A DNA stretch of 63,274 nucleotides, the filler included, from Lenisia limosa (lineage: Eukaryota; Protista; Breviatea): NCBI GenBank assembly GCA_001655205.1. It is 10 parts of 10 records of this genome, joined end to end, with 100 filler letters (N's around TTAATTAATTAA, not from the genome) between each part and the next. Parts side by side here need not be neighbours in the genome. Positions count along the whole stretch, not along the records: positions 1 to 9,001 come from LPNZ01005618.1; positions 9,102 to 12,608 come from LPNZ01001172.1; 8 more parts are not named here. One strand, written 5' to 3'. The notes below the pieces were generated by a model. It was not told where the DNA came from. It searched no databases and saw only the letters and a program-made list of their open reading frames with translations. The stretch's first letter is position 1. Every line of letters starts with the position of its first letter. Both the position numbers and the translations under genes were made by a program. Of this stretch, positions 1-12,608 are shown one piece after another.

Positions 1-3000
1 AGAGGGTGAGACTGATGGAACTGTCTTGTTTCGGCTGGGGGTGGACGGGAACTGGCGTTGAGGATTCAATAGCAATGGGAAGGTGAGGTGAATGTTGCAT
101 GTCACAGGGGCTTTCAGAGGTGCGCGGAGTACCGAATAATGAGGATGACGACGACGCTGGAATCTGAAGATGTGAACGAATGACAAATGAAATATTAATA
201 GGTCCATATTCTGCGGTGAAAAAAATATAACCACCTCATAGTATACATAGTATATAGGCTTACGGAGAGTTTCGGGGGGTTCTGTATAATGAGTCTGCGC
301 GGCTCCGTAATATCAAGAGTCGGCTCGGATTCGGCTTGCACCACCAAGTCGTACGGGTTAATGATGTGATGCGGGGACAGTGTAAGTGAGCTACTTAGTG
401 AGAGCGGTACCATGGAAATTCAGCGCAAGAATTAAAGGGACAATGATGAGTGTAGTAGAAACGGTCTGTCACAGACCTAGGTGTAGAGTCTACAGAGCTG
501 CTGCTGTTTTCTGGAGGGTTACAACTCAGTGGAGATGACAGTAAGAGCACTGGTGGTATTGGTGTGTTTTTGAGTCTAAACAATACTACGTTATCCACAT
601 TGGATTACCTTTCAACAGTTCTAGTCAGTATACAATATGATTTGGTTTAGTGTCAAAATATTTTGCCAATAATCAGCATCGTACCCGGTATGGACTGAAG
701 TGGAGAAGAGCTCTCATTAACAAAGGGAGTCAGGGGGGATACCGGGGTGAGCGGACACACTCCATTGTCCCTTTCCAACGCCTGTAACGCGCCGTTCAGG
801 TCACGTGCAGAGGGAGTCTGGGCCTAATAAAAATCTCAAACAACAACGATTAATACTCTAATTCAGGCAGAGTTTATCATGATGCTGGGAAACGTCTAGC
901 CCAACAGATGATAGCTCTGTGATTGGTGTGTCGGTCAACCTCCTTACCAAGGGTGAATATTGTGCTGGGGGCGAAGAGTCCAATTCAGGGGATGTGGGTC
1001 TGCTGACAGCAGCCAACATTGCCTCAACTGCTGCGTGGTGGCTGGGGGTGAAGAGAGTGCAAAAGATGGCTGCACTGAGTCGGTATATTTGAGGCTATAT
1101 ACAGTGACCGGGATAAGTCTTGACCGATTTGCTATATGACTTCCCAAGGAAAATTGGTCAAGACCTATCCCAATGTATCGCAATGAGAAATAAAAAAAGG
1201 TTGTGTCGGTCCACACCATCACGCTTTTAAGAATTACTACAGTATAATATGAATTCACCCAATCATCTGCCTTACAACTCGTAATGAAGAGCCGCAAACC
1301 TGTTGTTTTCACTCAGATGGTGTATGAATGACACGTTTGTGGATGCTGAATTGGTGAGATTTGGTTCAGGGTTGGTAGGGGACATACATCGATTGCCTCT
1401 CTTCACTTCTGGAGGGAGAGAATTGGGGATTACGCGAGGGGAACCCTGAACCGTCAAAAAAGGGAAGGAATGACCAAATAAGGGGGCGGTACTATCGAGC
1501 ATTCAAAGCAAGACTATTTATGGCTGCTAAATACAAATTGGGAAGAGCAAAAAATATTCTCAAGGTACAGTGAAAGTCCCCCTTACCATGGGGGAGGGAA
1601 GGGGGGTGCAGATGTCATTGAAGTTTGGCTGTTCTTCCTCAGACACAAAAGACGACAGAATCTCAACTTTTCGGGTGACTAAATTAGTCAGTTTTCAGTT
1701 GTTGCTGAACTGGGTTCATGAATATCCTAGAAAGATCACCGCTACATTGACCATTCAGAAGCAGCAGACATGATATTACACAAACATTACGCTACAAGGC
1801 CGCCCACCAAGGTCGGCGGCCGCCTGGGCAATGATACCAGCTTGGCGTCCTGACTTGAGCGCCAGGAGACGGCTTGCCAGATACGCTATTTGCCGCGATA
1901 GAAGACTGGCTACTAAGGCTGCTGCGGTGGCTTCTTCGTGCTGGGGGGAGGGGGGTAAAAATGAAAAAAGAATGAGAAGGAAATATAAGCCCAAAATCAA
2001 CATCAGCCCAAAATCAACATACCAAATCAGCAGCCGGAGTGGGAGCAATGGGGACTGGGGATATGGCCCTCTGAAGCAGTTATTGACAACTTGGAAGATG
2101 TATTCATAAAACGAAGAAGCAGTTATTGACAACTTGGAAGAAGTCTTCATAAAATGGTTCATTTCTTTTCAAATAAGTATATCTTTCCACCATGATGTAC
2201 CCACCATCACCATTCTTTCTTACTCCCGCTCACCTTGTCACCATTCTCTCTTACTCCCACGCACCTTATCACCATTCTCTGTTGTCTCTCCAAGGGCCAC
2301 GCATTGAGTCAATGTTGATGCAACGCGTTTGCAGAGGCGCTGGTGTGAGAGGGGTGAAAGTAGTCCTGAAAAAACAGAGAAGGTACCAATTAAGGTGAGC
2401 ATGGATTGGCCAACCAACCTCCACAGCTTCCTGTTCGTTACTCGCTTCTTGACTGTCACTACTGACCATCTCCTCGGGACTATTGCCGGGTTGGCGGTGG
2501 GATCCGAGGGCCCCTTGAGCTTCAATCATGAAGATCGTCCGCAAGATAGACTGATTCACCGACTCCAATCCTACGGGGTGAATATGGCCACGAAAAACAA
2601 AACGTAACAAAAGGCAAGTCAAGCCAACCTTGCTCAGGACAGCACTCACGCCGCCATGCCTCAGGTAGGTCCTGGTTCCTCGCCAGACTGGGCCCTTCGT
2701 CACTCGTGGCTCGGGGACGGAGATGGGGGCACTAAGCAGCAAGTCAGGGGATAGCAACCCAAAGATATAAACTCGAATTCAAATCCTTATCCTTTTCCTT
2801 ATCCGCAGGGGTGGACTCTCATCTTTAATAGCAGTAGGGGCATACCGATGGCGATCCATTGAAAACCAAGGGCGACGGTGGACGAACGTCAAATTCAGAG
2901 GACGGACTATCAAGGGCCTGGAGGGTTAGGGGTCTTGTTTTACCATTACATTGCCGTTTCGTACCCCCCCCCCTTTATTCACTTCCGATCCCCCCGACCT

Positions 3001-6000
3001 GCGCAGACGCCAAAATTGCGCGTCGCCGCTGAACAGGCGTGGTGGTTTGCGAGTGCGGTCTTTCCAGCGGCCGCAGCGAGGGCGAGAGATTGGAGGTGGA
3101 CCTATTAGATGAGAACAGCAAAGACGGCTTTTTTAAGCACTCACCCAAGTGCCAACAATCAAAGTAACCTGTGCAGTGTCCTCTCAATACCTTCGATGGG
3201 TCGGTGTGACGCTCATGTTGCTTGAACTATGTTTTAGATGGCCGAATCGCGATACTGCTGCACTGTTTGTCATCGTCATGCTTGATCTGGGGGGGTTTAA
3301 ATGAAACAACACAAAAGCAACTCTATGCTAAACCTTTGAAAGGCTAAAGAAGGACAAACATGTGGAACGGTATTAATCACTCGTTACCCAGGAAGCAGTG
3401 TTAATTTTGCAAGTTTACTTATACGTGGCACGATTGTGTAACAACAGTCCCCATCATACTCAAGCGCTTGAGGGGGCAGACCATTGAACTCCAAATCTAA
3501 AGAGTTACAGAAAGCGGGAGTATTGTCAGGTGATTAATGATTACTTGATTCAAGATAACAATTAAACATTAAAAAAGAAGACTTTCACTTAGCCCATAGA
3601 CCTGTTTCGCTGTCCACCGGTTCGATCTCAAGCCACGACTCAACATAGGACACCACGTTAGGATGGGTGGAAAGCCGTGAGATAGTTTCGACCTATTCAG
3701 TGAAAAGAGTTCCCACTTGCCTCATATCAATATCTATTTCAACTGTACCCCTCATTATCCAATAAAACCTCGTCTATACAACATGTTAATAGAACGAACC
3801 TCGGTAAGACGGCGTCGTGCTCTGTTGGACAGTCCAGAGGGAAATACTGGGGGCGGTGTACTGAGGTGTCAGAAGAAATAGCAATGACAGTTAACAAAGA
3901 TAAGGCCAAGACCCGAGGCATCATACAATATCATCCAATATATATGAAGCAGTTGAATACACAGCCCAAACCTTTGATCCGCCACGAAGTGCCAAATGTG
4001 TCCTTGGGTGTGGTCCACTTGCAACAGGGGGTTATTAGGTCGTATCGGAGATATCACCACCTACATTCTGTTAAAAAGAAAGGAAAAGGAAACAACGTGG
4101 ATCAAATCAGCTATGACACCCACCTTTTTGATGGCGACGCCACTCTGATCACGAAGATCTGTGGCTTTCCAAACCGAGCCAAATCCGCCCTAAATCGTGT
4201 CAGAGGAAAAAATCAAGATAGGAAATGTAGAAAAGAAATAACACTCTGAAAATGTGTTCCAAATTGCGTATTGCTATGTTCTACTATTCGCAAGCCTCTT
4301 AAAAAAACCCAAATATCCCGGGGGGTCCCTCGCACCACTCCCAAAAGCTGGACAGTTTCGAAGGTATTGAGGAACATGGACGGCGGCGGCGGTGAAGGAC
4401 TCAATATACTGTCGCTTGGGCTGCTTTCTCTGATCACGGCTATGAAGGATGTTGTACCTGCGGTTTCATTGGTGACATAGTAGAATGAGAATATTGACTA
4501 CTCGTTATATAACAAGGTATCCTCAAATTGAGCATGACGCGAACCAGGATAGTGCTAGTTATCTCTCCTTTGTTAACCCCCCCCCCTTGAATATTTCACC
4601 TCACCTCCTTTGTTTATTTCACCTCACCTCCTTTGTTTATTTCACCAAGACTCAGCTCAATGGGGAACAAAGTGCCTCCCTAACGTGTCAGCAAAAGTGG
4701 ATAGATGACCATATTGGGGCCATAATACATCTTATATGATATGCATTATTGTCTTAATCTTTCAATAAACATCATATGTTATGATATTTTTACAAAAACA
4801 ACACCAGTCCACTTTTTTCATTCCTTGTAAATGTTTCGGCTGCACATTCCGTGAAACCCTCTTTCCCTAAGTCATAAGGGCTTTCTCCTGGTCAAAACGC
4901 ATCAGTATATCATCATAAGCAACGCTGCCATTATTACGTATACGTATACGACGCAATGAGGATGTAGTATACTGTAATGAGATAAACAACAATTCACAGA
5001 AACCTTTGGAATCGAATTACACCACCTTAAGAAAAAACTCCATCAACCTTTGTGAAGGAAGCCATGTAGCCATCATGCATTGCAGCAATCTCAGGTGGCA
5101 TTAGCATGTTGAGAGACTTGCCGACAACCTGAGGTGTTTAGAAGGTCCGTCATAAGTTGGTGTAGTGTGTGAAAGAGGATGGGGAACTAAGAAAACGAAA
5201 CAAAATTATTATTCTGTTGATTACCCGTCCAGCTTGAAATAATATCTCAATATATTCTATCGGAACCATTTTACATGGTTTGTATGAGCATATCGGTCAA
5301 CAAAGTTATAAAATGCCCATGTTGTTCAAGGCCCATCGCGTGAGTTGAATTAAGGAAAACATGGCGAAGTAAGCTGATAGGGTTGACCAGGGGAGAAGTG
5401 CGAATATTGAACCTATACTGCTAGTCCATGAAAATTCAAAGAAGGCAAAGAAGGAAGCGTATATAACCGTCCTACAAGCATGGAGAAAAAAGGGGAGGAG
5501 GAAGGGGGAAGGCACTGCGGCTACAGGGCTGCATTTCGGGGAATAGAGAGGGGGGGGGGAGCCAATCAATTTATACTGCGTGAAGCGGAACTTATGATGT
5601 TTAAAGCAGAGAAAGAAGTGATTCCCAAAAATAGGACCGTCCTCTGGTCACTTTAGCCCGGCCAGAAAGCAAGAATGTAGCTGACCGCCCAACTCAGGAA
5701 AGACCACAAGCACTGCACCTCACGCTAACCTCCAATGCACTCCAGCCAAAAAGGACTTCTGCTTGTCTGTTGAAATAGGTGATTGTTCCCTCCTTCGTGG
5801 AGACAACCACTGCCTCACCACTAGATATTAGAGACTTCAGCAACAAGATCGCCTACCAGGAGACACTCGGGCTAGGCGGTGCTGACATGCTTCCTTTCGA
5901 TGTTTGTTCATTAGCAGGGGACAGAGGAGGCAGAGAGAGTCCCTGCGAGAACATTCCGATACCTTGGTCCTGCCCAATTGGTGGGTTTGTGGACTATACT

Positions 6001-6002
6001 CC
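1..6002 (-). CDS. Multi-exon PAS-domain protein kinase, eIF2-alpha-kinase-like (3' part runs off the window; 5' end unresolved)
   Basis: Spliced in frame: PAS exons 5730-5820 (GEAVVVSTKEGTITYFNRQAEVLFGWSALE), 5048-5128 (VVGKSLNMLMPPEIAAMHDGY), ~4650-4675 (GGTLFPIELSL) and ~4330-4415 (GTTSFIAVIRE...FETVQLLGV). Kinase exons ~4120-4185 (GGFGSVWKATDLRDQSGVAIKK) and ~3600-3710 (VETISRLSTHPNVVSYVESWLE). Ser/Pro-rich exons continue down to position 1. Confidence 0.8.
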
Positions 6003-6633
6003 CTAAATCATTTTCTTATTTCTTTATCTAAAACTACCCGGCTAATACATAGTCATAAACATTTCTAAAACGCAACCCACGCATCCTTTTAAAATATTGG
6101 TAAACCTGGGGTCGTGAATTAATTGGACATCACAAAAAATGCAGACAAAATGGGTGGACTACGCAAGAGCTCAAAGAAGAGAAGACAGACGAGGACGCAG
6201 AAACTGCAAGTAAAGAAATATAAATAAACGAGACACAGAACGAATCGCAGCAGTTTCTCCGTTCGCCCGAGGCCCCTCGTCCTTTTCGCCCTTCCTAAGT
6301 ATAAAAGCGGTAGGAAAAAAAGCGCTCTAGATATTTCCCATTTAACTTTCGTGAATTCTCAAATTCCCCATAAAACAACATCTTCCTTGTACCTTACTGT
6401 CCCCACTATCCCTACTGTACCATAGTTGCCTGAAGTTCTTGTTGTCTTTGTATTTTAGTTTATTATTTCTATTTCTTCATTTTCGTGTGCTTCCTCCATT
6501 GTAAGCTCTAATTCTGATATATGATGGTATTTTCTCGACATAGAATTGGAGCTCTCATATGTATGTATCTTTCAAATTTCGGCAGTCATCTGTTGAACTG
6601 TTCCTTGCCTTAACTTCTTGACAGATATAGACA

Positions 6634-9223
6634 ATGTCGTCCGCCATGCCGGTCGCATCCCCCCTCACTCCCTTTGTTGCCGAGAGTGTCAATGACGAAG
6701 TTGCGGAGTTAACTGCTGCTTTCGGCCAGGTAAACGGGCATGATGTACTACTACGTGTTTGGGGGTAGGGGTTCTGGATACAATTAAGCAGGACTGTTGA
6801 TTTCCGATTGTGGACTGTTTTTTTTTTGTTTTTTTGTATTTTTTTTTTTTTTTGGCAAAACTNNNNNNNNNNNNNNNNNNNNNNNNNNNNNNNNNNNNNN
6901 NNNNNNNNNNNNNNNNNNNNNNNNNNNNNNNNNNNNNNNNNNNNNNNNNNNNNNNNNNNNNNNNNNNNNNNNNNNNNNNNNNNNNNNNNNNNNNNNNNNN
7001 NNNNNNNNNNNNNNNNNNNNNNNNNNNNNNNNNNNNNNNNNNNNNNNNNNNNNNNNNNNNNNNNNNNNTGAGAAAATAGTTTGAATAATGTAGTCAATCA
7101 TAGATATTGTCTAAGATAGTAGACAATTAACCCAACCGTCGGCACCATTATTTTTGGTTTCTGACTACTTAGGCTATCCTGACAGAGCCCCTCCGCTTGT
7201 TGTCGCTACTATTGACGGGTAAGAAGGGACAACATCGGCGACTCACCCCATCCCCATCCCCTCGTCATAATCCCTCATGATGCAGAGGCGACTTGCCTGG
7301 GCTTTGTTTGTTGTTCTTTTCAACCCTCGTGTGTACAATTTTGAGCTAATAAAGTTTTTATCATTAATTATTTCTTTCTTATCCCCCAGGACGCGACTGC
7401 CAACATTGGACATCGGATCGCTCTGGACCCCGGGGGTGACTATTTGCCGAGCCCTCGTGGACTACCTCCTTGAGCTCCACCTCCACAGCCACGAGTGTTC
7501 CATTTGCTTCGATGACTGCAAACCCAGTGAACTCAGTTGCCAACACCACACCTGCGATGTAGGCCTTATGACAAGACATGTGTTGAGATGCCTGGGATGT
7601 AGGCCTTATGACAGAAATGTATTGAGATACCTGGGATGTAGGCCTTATGACAGACATGTATTAGGGCTGGGATGACCGATCTCTAGGAGTGCCAAACAGA
7701 ATACCTCAAAATGTGCCACAACTCCAAGAGAGGCTGCCCCATTCTGTGCTGTGTGCCCAACTGCCACGAGGAAATCCCTGAGCCTGAGGTGGGATTAGGG
7801 CAGATCGCTTCTTATGCAATACAAGCCCTTTATAAGATGACACTCTGACACCTTAGCTGCGGCGGCTGATGACCAAGGACATTTACGACAGCCACATGGA
7901 CGGACTCACGCGCAGAGCAATCGCACGTGAGAGCCTTGTTTTGGCATGTTTATACATTTGACCATCTTCTTACAACAACTAAACTTGTTGTGCTAAAAAA
8001 AGTCTTTGTTTTTCGTCACCCTGTTGCGCACTTCAATGAGAGCATTCTTACGCTGCAGAAATGACCGATATGACTCTTTGCCTCAAATGCTCCATGCCCG
8101 CTGATGTTCAGGATAATAGAGGTGGGGTGCAGATGTTCAGGATAATAGAGGTGGGGTGCTGATGTTCAGGATAATAGAGGTGGGTTGCAGATGTTCAGGA
8201 TAATAGAGGTGGGGTGCTGATGTTCAGGATAATAGAGGTGGGGNNNNNNNNNNNNNNNNNNNNNNNNNNNNNNNNNNNNNNNNNNNNNNNNNNNNNNNNN
8301 NNNNNNNNNNNNNNNGTGGGGTGCTGGTGTTCAGGATAATAATAGAGTGGGGCTTCGTTTCGGGTGTTTTTTTAAAGTAAAACCTACTTTAACACTTCAG
8401 CGATTTGCATTGAGTGCCATTTCCAGTTCTGTATCAAGTGTCATCAAAATTATCATCCAGGTGGGCGTTTTATGTGGCTCATTGCTTTTGCTGTTGCTTA
8501 TACTTCTTTCCTTATGTTTGCTGTTAATAATTCTTTCCTTCCGTTGCCTTGTAGGGCATTTTACTTCATTGTTAGAGCGGATTATTAAACCCCCATGAAA
8601 GAACTAAGATAACAACGAGGGGAAGTAACTCTTTAGGAAGTCCTTGTCTCAGCACTTCCCAAATCGCCTATAATCGCATGATGGAAACAGCCACAGTAAG
8701 GAGGTTTATGGTTCTATATCAGTTATTAAGAATTGGAAAAAGTCGGCTGACAGTTTAGAAAGCCGAATATGACGAATTCTGTCAGAAAATGCAAGAAGCC
8801 AAGAAGAACCGTCTTATTGTTAATGAAGAACTTGCTGAAGTTGGGGGGAAGGTCTCAATTATTTACACGAGAATTATGGAGAATTTTCCCTTTTGTTTGC
8901 CTGAAAGGCCTAATATTAATGTAGTATTAATGTTATATATAATATTATATATGCTGCTGCACGGAAACCGTGTCATTTATGAGAAACCGTGTCATTTATG
9001 ANNNNNNNNNNNNNNNNNNNNNNNNNNNNNNNNNNNNNNNNNNNNTTAATTAATTAANNNNNNNNNNNNNNNNNNNNNNNNNNNNNNNNNNNNNNNNNNN
9101 NATGGAACATGTCAGGCCCCCACCCACCTCTGCAGGGGAGTGTTGATGGCTCAAATGGTGCAGAGTTGGCCCAAGATTCGAACCGAAACAGCCGCAGCTC
9201 TCCAAAGCCCTAAGAATGAATAA
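6634..9223 (+). CDS. RBR-family E3 ubiquitin ligase (RING1-IBR; possible N-terminal RWD, RNF14-like; RING2 not seen)
   Basis: RING1: CSICFDDCKPSELSCQHHTCD|ECQTEYLKMC...PILCCVPNC. IBR: LCLKCSMP...CIECHFQFCIKCHQNYHPGSPC. GT-AG junctions are in phase. A linker gap lies at 9002-9101. Confidence 0.75.
7560..7675 (+). repeat. 39-bp tandem repeat x3 beginning at the splice donor
   Basis: gtaggccttatgacagacatgtattgagatgcctgggat units. Confidence 0.9.
8100..8345 (+). repeat. 29-bp tandem repeat (at least 5 copies) spanning an exon/donor junction
   Basis: gctgatgttcaggataatagaggtggggt units running into a gap. Confidence 0.9.
9002..9101. other. Artificial scaffold linker (44N-TTAATTAATTAA-44N); also at about 12609, 22516, 25886, 27405, 35073, 37759, 48271 and 54997
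   Basis: Identical 100-nt construct with a six-frame stop 12-mer centred in N runs. Confidence 0.95.
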
Positions 9224-9627
9224 GTGACCAAGAAAAGAAGGTTTTGTTTGGACAAGAAATCAAATATGATATCCAACATTAAAAATCTTGGGAAATACAT
9301 AAATACATAAGAAACACATTATTATAATGCAAGAATCAGAACAAGAACCAATGACAAGAAACAAAAAAATAGACATGAGAAAAATACTATAACTCTACAA
9401 AGCTCTAAGCAATCAATAGTAATCAACCCACTAATATTGGATTATTGTAATATTAGTAACTAATATACCAGACCAAAGGTCCAAAAGAAAAACACAACAA
9501 ACTTCCCCATCAAATCGATATTTCACAGTATTTTTCTAACTGTAAAAAGAAGCCCTCAAGCGAGTGGCCTGGGCTTTATTGTTGTGTTTCTTGCCAACCT
9601 TGGTTTTTTTTGTTTAATAAAACCAGC

Positions 9628-12574
9628 TCACGAATTGAAAGCGATTTCATTGAGACAACCGTCGGGAATTACAGGGCGGACTGGGTCGGAAAGCTGCAGG
9701 TGGAGCTGGTCTAAAAAGGCCCTGGTTGCCTAATATGGTAAGTTGACACGTCTGAGTTGCCTTTATACGATGTTATCCCCAAGTATTTGATTTATTTGTT
9801 TCCAAGCTGTAGATCTGAGAAAAAGGCGACCTCAAGATACTCCAGATGAATCGAAGATATTCCTGATGAACCTTTTTTCCGGATCTGCAGCCCAAAGTCA
9901 CCACCACGCATACATCTAGAGGGGCAAGGTCGGTGTTGAGAATGGAGGCACAGGACCTGGGAAGTAAATCGGAATATTTATGAAGCAAAAAGAAGCCCAA
10001 ATCAACTTTGTTGGCTGACAACACTTGACGGTTGAGAACAACAAAACAAAGAGCTCCTTCATCATCAACATCACCATCAGCATCCTTACCCCCCTCCCCT
10101 CACCAGAACTTGGCAAAAGTGCAGTAGAAGGCGGATGAGGTCGGGTGATCTTGGCTCTTTGGAGTGTCATTTTCGAAGAGCGAAAGGCGACGAACAGCTA
10201 AGAGAACTGCCGGTGGTAGTTCGTTGGCGGTCTGGGAAAGAGTGACCCAAGTATCGATATTTATTGAGTTTTGTACTGAAGTGAAGCTCAAGGCTTATAG
10301 CATGAAGCAGAGTGTTTGGAGAGGTGGAAGTTATAGAACGTTTACAGTTGGAAAAAATGGCCTTGTATTGTGCTTTTTGTAAAAAATAATACAAAAATCA
10401 ACACAGGTTTAGTCAATTGTTAATATTCACACAACTTCATCAAGTTGGAGGCGAGGAAGCTGTAATTGCAAATTTTGGCCTTATTATCACGTTATTATGT
10501 TGATAAAAATCCTAATTTTAGCAATTTTAATTATTATCCCAGACGCTTAACACGAAGCAAATATCATGAAGCGGAGTGGTTGAGGGGTGGAATAAGTTGG
10601 AAAAGTCTGTAGTTGCAAAAATTGGCCTTTAACGTTATTTTGTTGACAAAAAATAGGGCTCCGTGCAATTATTTTGAAGTGGGACCCCCATTTCAGACAC
10701 CTTAGTTTCCAATTTTGTCAATTTATTCCTCAAAACACTAATTGCACGGAGCCTAGTAATAATCCCGACTGTATCGGTTCAAGTTATGTTCCTGCACGCT
10801 TGACACGAAACTTACGTCATGAAGCGGAGTGGTTGGAGGGGTGGAAGACGCGGAGGACATGGCGGATATGGTGGGATTGCTCAAAGCACAAGTTGCAGCC
10901 TGAAGGTCAGTGAACAGCTGAGCATAAGGCTCGTTGAAAATTCGGTAAAACAGTTTAAATGTGAAAATGATCCCAAATGTGAAACCATATCATATCATAT
11001 GCCTGGGCTTAAAGCTGTTTGAAGATTGATCCCCCATTTTCTTACATCCCCCACCCCACCTTCAGTTTGGACTTGCTATCCCGACTCAAAACGTTAATTA
11101 AGGCGCTTCGCCGAACCTCCATATCCTAAGTAATGGTGAGACAAACTGTATATCCGGATCCGACTCATCGAAAGAGCAAGGAAACGCTTATTTTGTGAAA
11201 CTGTGAAGGGTTCTTAAAGATTATGTGTTCAACTGTCCAGTGCTATGTCTAATTGAACTCTTATACTAGTATCAAAAACCAAATCCAAAATTATGGGATC
11301 TGAGAAGATCTGTCCGGGTCCTGGTACAATCCAGTAGGAATACATATTGAGAGGGGAATTAAGACAAGGCAGTGTCTGGCTGAAGCTGTCTACACCATTA
11401 CGCTTAAAAACATATTACTTGCCTTACAAACCTGTGTTTTCCAGCCCAAGAACGTTTAGGACTTCCCCACAGTCCCAACATCGTATTTCCAATCCCTCTC
11501 ACTTTCAAGCCCATCGTAGCAAACCGTGTGGTAGTGCTGGAGAAGGGTGGAGACGAACACGGCAGTTGGCAGTCTCATAACGTCATCATGCAGCAGCTCT
11601 TCGCCCACTACTGTCAGGACCGATATCTGGATATTGAAGATATGAAATGGGGTGTTTGTTTACGTAGCAGACAGTGACTGATAGTATATATAGTACTATA
11701 TTCAATACACATGTAATATATCATATGACATGATGTACACCCCCAGAATGATATCAATGTATGTGTACCTCACGCCCCTCCCTCTCCAACCTCAGTTTCA
11801 GTGGCAGGAGTGGCCAAAGAATGCATCTACAGTGTGACGAACGGGAAAATACGAGGTAAGATATATGATACACACTCTCTGTACAGTTCTCATATCATAT
11901 GATTATATGATATGATATAGTATATTTGTAAGAGTAGACTATACATACTAAATCATAAGTATAATCATACGATACAAGTAAAGGGAAAGCTTGAGCAATG
12001 ATTCTTTACCCCCCTCACCTTGTTTGCAAGGGTGTGGTGCTGCCGTCCTGGTAGAACGGTTTGAATCACGTCCAAACAACGGCTCAATGAAATGTACTAG
12101 GAAATGACTAGGGAAATGGAGGTACGTCACATTCAGTAGAAATTAAAAACAATAACAAGGTTGTATCTGGTCGAAACCGTCCACCACGCTTAAATGTGAT
12201 ATTGAGTGATAGTATAATATTGTCGGACAAAACTTAACACGGTCATAACAGGGGAAAATAGCTGGCACTAAGAAAAAAATAACTTTGGATGTAAAAAGCG
12301 ATTTGGACAGGGCGGCGGCAGGGGGATTGCTTGGGGAAACAAGGAAATATGCAGCAAGTGAACAGAATCAGTGATAGCATAAGAGGCATCAGAACTAACA
12401 CTCAGGACAAACAACTGGTTCCAGGATTCGATAACAAACCTTTGGGAGGCCTAAGTCAGACGTGAAGGGGTACGAGATGCCCGCGGAGGACAGGTCCATG
12501 CTCCGGGAGACTTGGTGGAAGAGGTTGGCGCAAGACGACGAGAGGGAACCGTTGAGGAGTGACTTAAACAGGTT

Positions 12575-12608
<34 letters not shown>

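Noticed and set aside
1262-1280. Helitron-like repeat supplying a GTAAGG donor to the kinase gene
   Set aside because: Phase fits the upstream donor (AACAG|gtttgc, ~1300), so the repeat is simply intronic.
5306-5569. Hydrophobic ORF suggesting a TM segment in the kinase
   Set aside because: The flanking PAS exons join in frame without it (WSALE|VVGKSL); treated as intronic unless RNA data show otherwise.
7560-8345. Regular repeats resembling CRISPR arrays
   Set aside because: No unique spacers, eukaryotic intron context and no cas genes.
9046-9057. TTAATTAATTAA palindrome recurring nine times
   Set aside because: Always centred in a 100-nt N block, so it is an assembly linker and not biological.
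8840-9223. RBR ligase apparently lacking RING2
   Set aside because: A linker gap of unknown true size sits where RING2 should be; the same gap type hides the SLC35F6 3' end.
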